DNA of 64,000 nt, from contig CAZTRB010000005.1 of assembly GCA_964616485.1 (NCBI GenBank), forward strand, positions 11,592 through 75,591, in the 5' to 3' direction. The stretch is from an uncultured Muribaculaceae bacterium (lineage in GTDB: Bacteria > Bacillota_I > Bacilli_A > RF39 > UBA660). Position numbers and translations under genes: made by a program. Below, one piece after another: positions 59,146 through 64,000 of the stretch. Every line of letters begins with the position of its first letter. The first letter of the stretch is position 1. Under the pieces are notes generated by a model. The model saw only the letters and a list, made by a program, of their open reading frames with translations. It was not told the origin of the DNA and ran no database searches.

Positions 59146-60228
59146 ATGAATAGAAAAATAAAAGTAGTCCAATATGGTGTTGGTAAAATGTCGCAATATA
59201 CGATGCGTTATGCTATCGAAAAAGGTTGTGAAATAGTCGGAGCAGTCGATTTAAATCCAGAAATTGTTGGAAAAGATATTTCTGTTATTTTAGGTGGTAA
59301 CGCTACTGGAGTATTAGTATCTTCGATTGCAGATGCAGAGAAAATGCTTTTAGAAACGAGACCCGATGTTTGCTTAGTAACTACTATGAGTCTACTAAAT
59401 GATGTCTATTCTGCTCTTGAATTATGTGCTAAGTTAGGAATAAACGCTATTACTATTTGTGAAGAGACTTTCTTCTCGCTTAACTCTAATCCTATTTCTA
59501 CTAAAGCGATAAATGCTATTGCTACAGAAACGGGAGCAACGATATTAGGTACCGGTTACCAAGACGTTTATTGGGCTTATCTAGTATCTACCATTGCTGG
59601 TTCTACTCAAAGAATATCTAAAATCAAAGGGTCTTCTTCATATAATGTAGAAGAGTATGGAATAGCTTTAGCTAAGGCTCATGGAGCTGGATTAACGATA
59701 GATGAGTTTAATAAGACGATAGCGGCAGCCGATGATATAAGTGAAGAAGAGAGACAACAATTAATCGATAAATGTGAATTTCTTCCATCTTATATGTGGA
59801 ATGTAAATGGTTGGTTAGCTTCTAAATTAGGACTTAAAGTAATCTCACAAACACAAAAATGTGTTCCACAGATTGCAGAAGAAGACATAGAATCTAGTAC
59901 TTTAGGTTTAACTATTTCTAAAGGAAATGCTACTGGTATGAGTGCCGTCGTTATAACAGAGACGGAAGAAGGAATAACGATCGAATCAGAATGTATCGGT
60001 AAAGTTTATGGAGACGAAGATTTCGATAAAAATGAATGGACTGTCTACGGTGAACCAGACACGACTTTTGTCGTAAATAGACCATCTACTGTAGAGTTAA
60101 CTTGTGCTACGATGATTAACAGAATACCAGACGTAATAGATGCTCCCGGAGGATTTATAACTTCTGATAAACTAAGAGAGCCAACATATAAGTCAAAAGC
60201 TTTAAATGAATATGTTGAAAACTATTAA
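59146..60228 (+). CDS. NAD(P)-dependent oxidoreductase with a DapB-like N-terminal Rossmann fold (amine dehydrogenase / 2,4-diaminopentanoate dehydrogenase-like)
   Basis: KIKVVQYGVGKMSQY glycine-rich dinucleotide loop. GGAGG RBS. ~360 aa. Confidence 0.5.
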   Translation: MNRKIKVVQYGVGKMSQYTMRYAIEKGCEIVGAVDLNPEIVGKDISVILGGNATGVLVSSIADAEKMLLETRPDVCLVTTMSLLNDVYSALELCAKLGINAITICEETFFSLNSNPISTKAINAIATETGATILGTGYQDVYWAYLVSTIAGSTQRISKIKGSSSYNVEEYGIALAKAHGAGLTIDEFNKTIAAADDISEEERQQLIDKCEFLPSYMWNVNGWLASKLGLKVISQTQKCVPQIAEEDIESSTLGLTISKGNATGMSAVVITETEEGITIESECIGKVYGDEDFDKNEWTVYGEPDTTFVVNRPSTVELTCATMINRIPDVIDAPGGFITSDKLREPTYKSKALNEYVENY

Positions 60229-60233
60229 GTATT

Positions 60234-60262
60234 AAAAAAACACACATAAGTGTGTTTTTAAA
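60234..60262. terminator. bidirectional terminator between the oxidoreductase gene and fhs
   Basis: aaaaaaacacac-ataa-gtgtgttttta. Confidence 0.7.
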
Positions 60263-61877
60263 TGCCTATAATTTCTCCTGAGTTATCTAAATAAATTTTC
60301 TCGTAATTAGGCGTTTTAGATAGGCCGGGCATGGTTAAGATTTCACCTAAGAAAACCGTTATAAAACCCGCACCAGTACGTAGTTCTATATCTCTTACTA
60401 AGACATCAAAGTCTTTAGGATAACCCAACTTTTTAGGATCATCACTTATAGAATATTGAGTCTTAGCAATACATATAGGTAATTCGTCTTCTTTGATATT
60501 ATTAATGTATTCGATTTTCCTTAAAGCTTTCTCACTATATGAAATAGAACTCGCTCTATAAATTTCTTTACATACTTTTTCTATCTTAGTAGTTATAGAT
60601 TCTGAAAAATCATATAGGGGTTTAAAATCATTTTCTAAATCACTTATCTCAACTATTTTATTAGCAAGAGCAACGGTCGATAATCCTCCCTTTAAATAAG
60701 CTTCACTGGTAGCAAATTTGACTAATTTATCGTTACAATAATTTTTTACTACACCTATCTCTTCATCGGTATCATCTGAGAATTCGTTTAGACAAACGAT
60801 AACATTAGAAGTAAATTTTTTCATATTTTCGATATGGACTCCTAGATTAGGTAACCCAGCTATTAACGATTCTCTCTCGTCTTCTAAGTTACCATTGTGT
60901 TTTAAAGCTCTAATGGTAGCGACGATAACGATACAATCTGGTTTTAAGTTAGCTTTTTGGCACTTGATATTTAAAAACTTTTCTGCACCGAGGTCAGCTC
61001 CAAATCCCGCTTCCGTTATAACATAATCAGCGAGTTGTAACGCTAAATTAGTAGACACTATCGAACTACAACCATGAGATACGTTAGCAAAAGGGCCACC
61101 ATGAACTAAGACAGGATTATTTTCTAATGTCTGTACTAAATTAGGATTAAAAGCATCTTTTAAAAGAGCCATTAGGGAACCACTAATATTTAAATCTCTT
61201 ACATATAAAGGATTACCATTTAAATCTTTAGCAATAAAAATGTTTTCTAAATTAGTCTTTAAATCATCGTAGTCGGTAGACAAACAAAAGATACTCATGA
61301 CTTCACTCGCTGCCGTAATATCGAAAGAAGTCTCATATGAAACTTTACTATTTATCGTCAAATCTCTTAAAGACCTATCATTTACATCGAGACATCTTTT
61401 AAATACTATCTCGTTTGGATCTATATTTAATTTATTACCATGAAATACGATATTATCGATAGCGGCAGAAATAAGGTTGTTAGCACTAGTTATAGCATGA
61501 AAATCTCCGGTAAAGTGAAGATTAATATCTTCTCTAGGAATCAATTGACTATAACCGTCTCCTGTCGCTCCGCCTTTAATACCAAAGATAGGTCCTAAAG
61601 ACGGTTCTCGAAGAGCGCCGATTGCATCTTTACCTAGGTGTTTAAAAGCATCGACTAAACCTATAGCAACGGTAGTCTTTCCTTCTCCATAAGGAGTAGG
61701 ATTTATTCCCGTTACTAAGATAAGTTTACCTTTTTTTCTCTTCATGACATCATTAAAATAAATCTTTGCTTTATCTTTACCATAATAACTTAATAAGTTA
61801 TCATCTAAATCTAACTTTTCAGCTATTTCTCTAATCTCTTTTTTAACCACTCTTTTAGCAATCTCTTCACTATTCAT
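60258..61877 (-). CDS. fhs: formate--tetrahydrofolate ligase
   Basis: GINPTPYGEGKTT (P-loop of FTHFS) plus conserved C-terminal blocks. Confidence 0.92.
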   Translation of the reverse strand: MNSEEIAKRVVKKEIREIAEKLDLDDNLLSYYGKDKAKIYFNDVMKRKKGKLILVTGINPTPYGEGKTTVAIGLVDAFKHLGKDAIGALREPSLGPIFGIKGGATGDGYSQLIPREDINLHFTGDFHAITSANNLISAAIDNIVFHGNKLNIDPNEIVFKRCLDVNDRSLRDLTINSKVSYETSFDITAASEVMSIFCLSTDYDDLKTNLENIFIAKDLNGNPLYVRDLNISGSLMALLKDAFNPNLVQTLENNPVLVHGGPFANVSHGCSSIVSTNLALQLADYVITEAGFGADLGAEKFLNIKCQKANLKPDCIVIVATIRALKHNGNLEDERESLIAGLPNLGVHIENMKKFTSNVIVCLNEFSDDTDEEIGVVKNYCNDKLVKFATSEAYLKGGLSTVALANKIVEISDLENDFKPLYDFSESITTKIEKVCKEIYRASSISYSEKALRKIEYINNIKEDELPICIAKTQYSISDDPKKLGYPKDFDVLVRDIELRTGAGFITVFLGEILTMPGLSKTPNYEKIYLDNSGEIIGI

Positions 61878-61912
61878 ATTATCACCTACCTTGATTATAC
61901 TATATTTTTAGA

Positions 61913-63751
61913 CTATTTATTTAATTTATTTATTACCGAAACAATTGCATCGACACTTAGGTTTTCACTTTCATATAACTCTTCGATACTACCTTGCTCA
62001 ATAAATTTATCTTTATATCCTAGTGAGACTATCTTTTTAGAGAAACCTATCTCATTTAAATACATTTGTACTTTAGAACCTAAACCACCATTTAACAAAT
62101 TATCTTCAATCGTAATTATGTTATACTTTTTGTCTTTTAGATACATTAACAGTTCCTTGTCCACCGGCTTTACAAAAGTAACACTTACCACCATGACATT
62201 CTTTCTACTCTTTTCTACTGCCTCTAATGCTTTTTGAGACATCTTTCCAACAGCTAAAACAGCTGTTTTTTCTCCTTCTCTAAGCACTTCCCATTTACCA
62301 AGTTCCACCTTTTTTAATTTATCCATAGCAAAATAGTCCTTTCCTCTAGGATATCTAATCGCTATCGGAAAACCTTGTTTTAGCGACCATTTTAAAATAG
62401 TCTCTAAATCAGTCGCATGCTTAGGAGCTATAATTACTAAGTTAGGTATCATCGATAAATAAGATAAATCGAATATTCCTTGATGTGTCTCACCGTCGTC
62501 TCCGACTATTCCCGCACGATCAATAGCAAATATTACCGGTAATTTTTGCATACTAACATCGTGAATAACTTGATCTATTCCTCTTTGTAAGAAAGTCGAA
62601 TAAATAGCTAATACAGGACGCATACCCTCGTTTGCTAAGCCGGCTGCTAAAGTAACTGAGTGTTCTTCGCATATACCCACGTCAAAACTTCTCTCTGGAT
62701 AATCTTTAAAAAATTTGCTTAGTCCCACTCCTTCTTTCATAGCTGCCGTTATAACGACTATCTTCGGATCTTTTTTAGCTAAATTTAATAACGCTTTACC
62801 AAATTCTTCCGAATATGTTGCACCTACTTGCTTAAGTACTCCTAGATTCTTATCAAAAGACTTTACTCCATGATATGATTCCGGATCAATCAAAGCCTTC
62901 TCATAACCTTTTCCTTTAGTAGTAACGACATGTAAAAGAACTGGTTCATCTTTATTCTTTATCCTATTCAATACTTTTATTAAGAGATTTATATCGTGGC
63001 CATCGATCGGTCCGACATATGTAAGTCCCATAGCTTCAAAGTATTTAGAAGGTACTAAGAAACCTTTAACACGATGTTTAACTGCCGATGTAACTCGAAT
63101 AAACTTATCTCCTAAATATGTTCCATCGACACTATGTTTAACTTTGTTTTTTAGATTAATATATTTTTTGTTTATACTAATTCTACTCAAATAACTAGAT
63201 AAACCACCGACGTTAGAAGATATACTCATTCCGTTATCATTTAATATTACAAGCATTTTGGTCTTTCTATAACCTAAATCATTTATAGCTTCAAGACTCA
63301 TTCCATTGCTAATAGCGGCATCTCCAACTAAAGAAATGACATTAAAATCCTCTTTCTTTAAGTCTCTTGCCCTAGCAATACCAAGAGAAGCCGAGATAGA
63401 AGTACTACTATGACCAGTTTCAAAAAAATCATATTTACTCTCGCTCCTATAAGGGAAACCCCTTAATCCTTTATACATTCTAAGTCGATCAAACTGTTCT
63501 TTTCTTCCCGTTAAAATCTTATAAACATAACTTTGATGACCAACATCAAAGATTATCTTATCCTTATCAAAATCAAAGACTGAAACAAGAGCGATAGTAA
63601 GCTCTACTACTCCTAAATTAGAAGCTAAATGACCTCCCGTCTTAGAGACTTTATCAATCAAAAACTCTCTAATTTCATTAGCTAATTTTTTCTTCTCTTT
63701 TATATTTAATTTCTTTACATCATCTATACTATTAACTTTGTCTAAAACCAC
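61913..63751 (-). CDS. dxs: 1-deoxy-D-xylulose-5-phosphate synthase
   Basis: GGHLASNLGVVELTIAL ... GDAAISNGMSLEAIN (TPP-binding) ... transketolase-like C-terminal domains. Confidence 0.92.
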   Translation of the reverse strand: MVLDKVNSIDDVKKLNIKEKKKLANEIREFLIDKVSKTGGHLASNLGVVELTIALVSVFDFDKDKIIFDVGHQSYVYKILTGRKEQFDRLRMYKGLRGFPYRSESKYDFFETGHSSTSISASLGIARARDLKKEDFNVISLVGDAAISNGMSLEAINDLGYRKTKMLVILNDNGMSISSNVGGLSSYLSRISINKKYINLKNKVKHSVDGTYLGDKFIRVTSAVKHRVKGFLVPSKYFEAMGLTYVGPIDGHDINLLIKVLNRIKNKDEPVLLHVVTTKGKGYEKALIDPESYHGVKSFDKNLGVLKQVGATYSEEFGKALLNLAKKDPKIVVITAAMKEGVGLSKFFKDYPERSFDVGICEEHSVTLAAGLANEGMRPVLAIYSTFLQRGIDQVIHDVSMQKLPVIFAIDRAGIVGDDGETHQGIFDLSYLSMIPNLVIIAPKHATDLETILKWSLKQGFPIAIRYPRGKDYFAMDKLKKVELGKWEVLREGEKTAVLAVGKMSQKALEAVEKSRKNVMVVSVTFVKPVDKELLMYLKDKKYNIITIEDNLLNGGLGSKVQMYLNEIGFSKKIVSLGYKDKFIEQGSIEELYESENLSVDAIVSVINKLNK

Positions 63752-63759
63752 TGTTTACC

Positions 63760-64000
63760 TCACTTAAATAACATATACTGAACTTTCTCTTTCAACACAT
63801 GAATATATTTCATTTCACCCTTTAACTCTCTAGTATAATACTTATTACCGCTTATATCGACACTTACAACTTGATTAGAAGACGGCAATACGTCTTTAGT
63901 AGTATATAGCCATCTATAAAACGAAGATAATTCGATATCCATATTATTTAATATATAAGTAAATAATAAATCAGGACCCAAGTACTTGATATATTCATAC
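63760..64000 (-). CDS. hypothetical protein, partial (5' end beyond the window edge)
   Basis: Open frame continues past position 64000 (...YEYIKYLGPDLLFTY...). The M in the ORF track is a TTG codon, not the true start. Confidence 0.4.
   Translation of the reverse strand, partial: YEYIKYLGPDLLFTYILNNMDIELSSFYRWLYTTKDVLPSSNQVVSVDISGNKYYTRELKGEMKYIHVLKEKVQYMLFK

Noticed and set aside
1-64000. Mollicute-type genetic code (UGA=Trp), considered because of extreme AT-richness
   Set aside because: Long genes (PFOR 1143 aa, pilin-like 1683 aa, PBP1A 932 aa) read through cleanly under the standard code with stops at expected positions. No in-frame TGA rescue is needed.
1-64000. CRISPR arrays, transposases, integrases or phage genes
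   Set aside because: No direct-repeat/spacer periodicity and no recognisable transposase, integrase or phage structural genes were seen. The only tandem repeats are the in-frame repeats of the pilin-like gene.

Overview
This 64 kb window comes from a very AT-rich genome that uses the standard genetic code (long ORFs read through without UGA reassignment) and looks like a low-GC Firmicute (Bacillus/Erysipelotrichia-like). Gene order repeatedly matches Bacillus: ymfM-pgsA-recA-rny, gpsB-rnpB, recU-ponA and dnaD-nth. Most genes are housekeeping and lie on the minus strand: recG, pyruvate:ferredoxin oxidoreductase, rnj, rny, recA, pgsA, RNase P RNA, gpsB, recU, ponA, nth, dnaD, cca, hup, der, engB, nrnA, ackA, thiI, an LtaS-family enzyme, gatCAB, fhs and dxs. 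Two accessory blocks stand out. (1) At 9.2-24.7 kb there is a cell-surface locus. It holds a five-gene glycosyltransferase cluster (GT4, split Alg14/Alg13-like pair, polytopic membrane protein, GtrB/CsbB-like GT2) immediately downstream of a roughly 1680-aa protein. That protein carries a canonical type IV prepilin (class III) signal peptide, HYR/Ig-like modules, five tandem ~90-aa repeats and a very cysteine-rich C-terminus. Transcribed divergently from it are a dockerin-bearing SH3b/GH73-like/cadherin-like hydrolase, a membrane-anchored cohesin-like scaffold protein and an LCP-family ligase. (2) At 38.0-43.5 kb a seven-gene minus-strand operon is wedged between der and hup. It encodes two WXG100-like small proteins, an LXG-like multidomain protein, a TasA/camelysin-like secreted protein, an archaeal-type SipW signal peptidase fused to a polytopic N-terminal membrane domain, and a bitopic membrane protein. 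No type VII or type IV pilus secretion ATPase is present in the window. Also noted: a candidate ~145-nt small RNA with a consensus sigma-A promoter lying antisense to the 3' end of the PFOR gene, a LexA (Cheo) box upstream of recA, a degenerate GGDEF sensor protein, and several ORF-track start codons that are over-extended.
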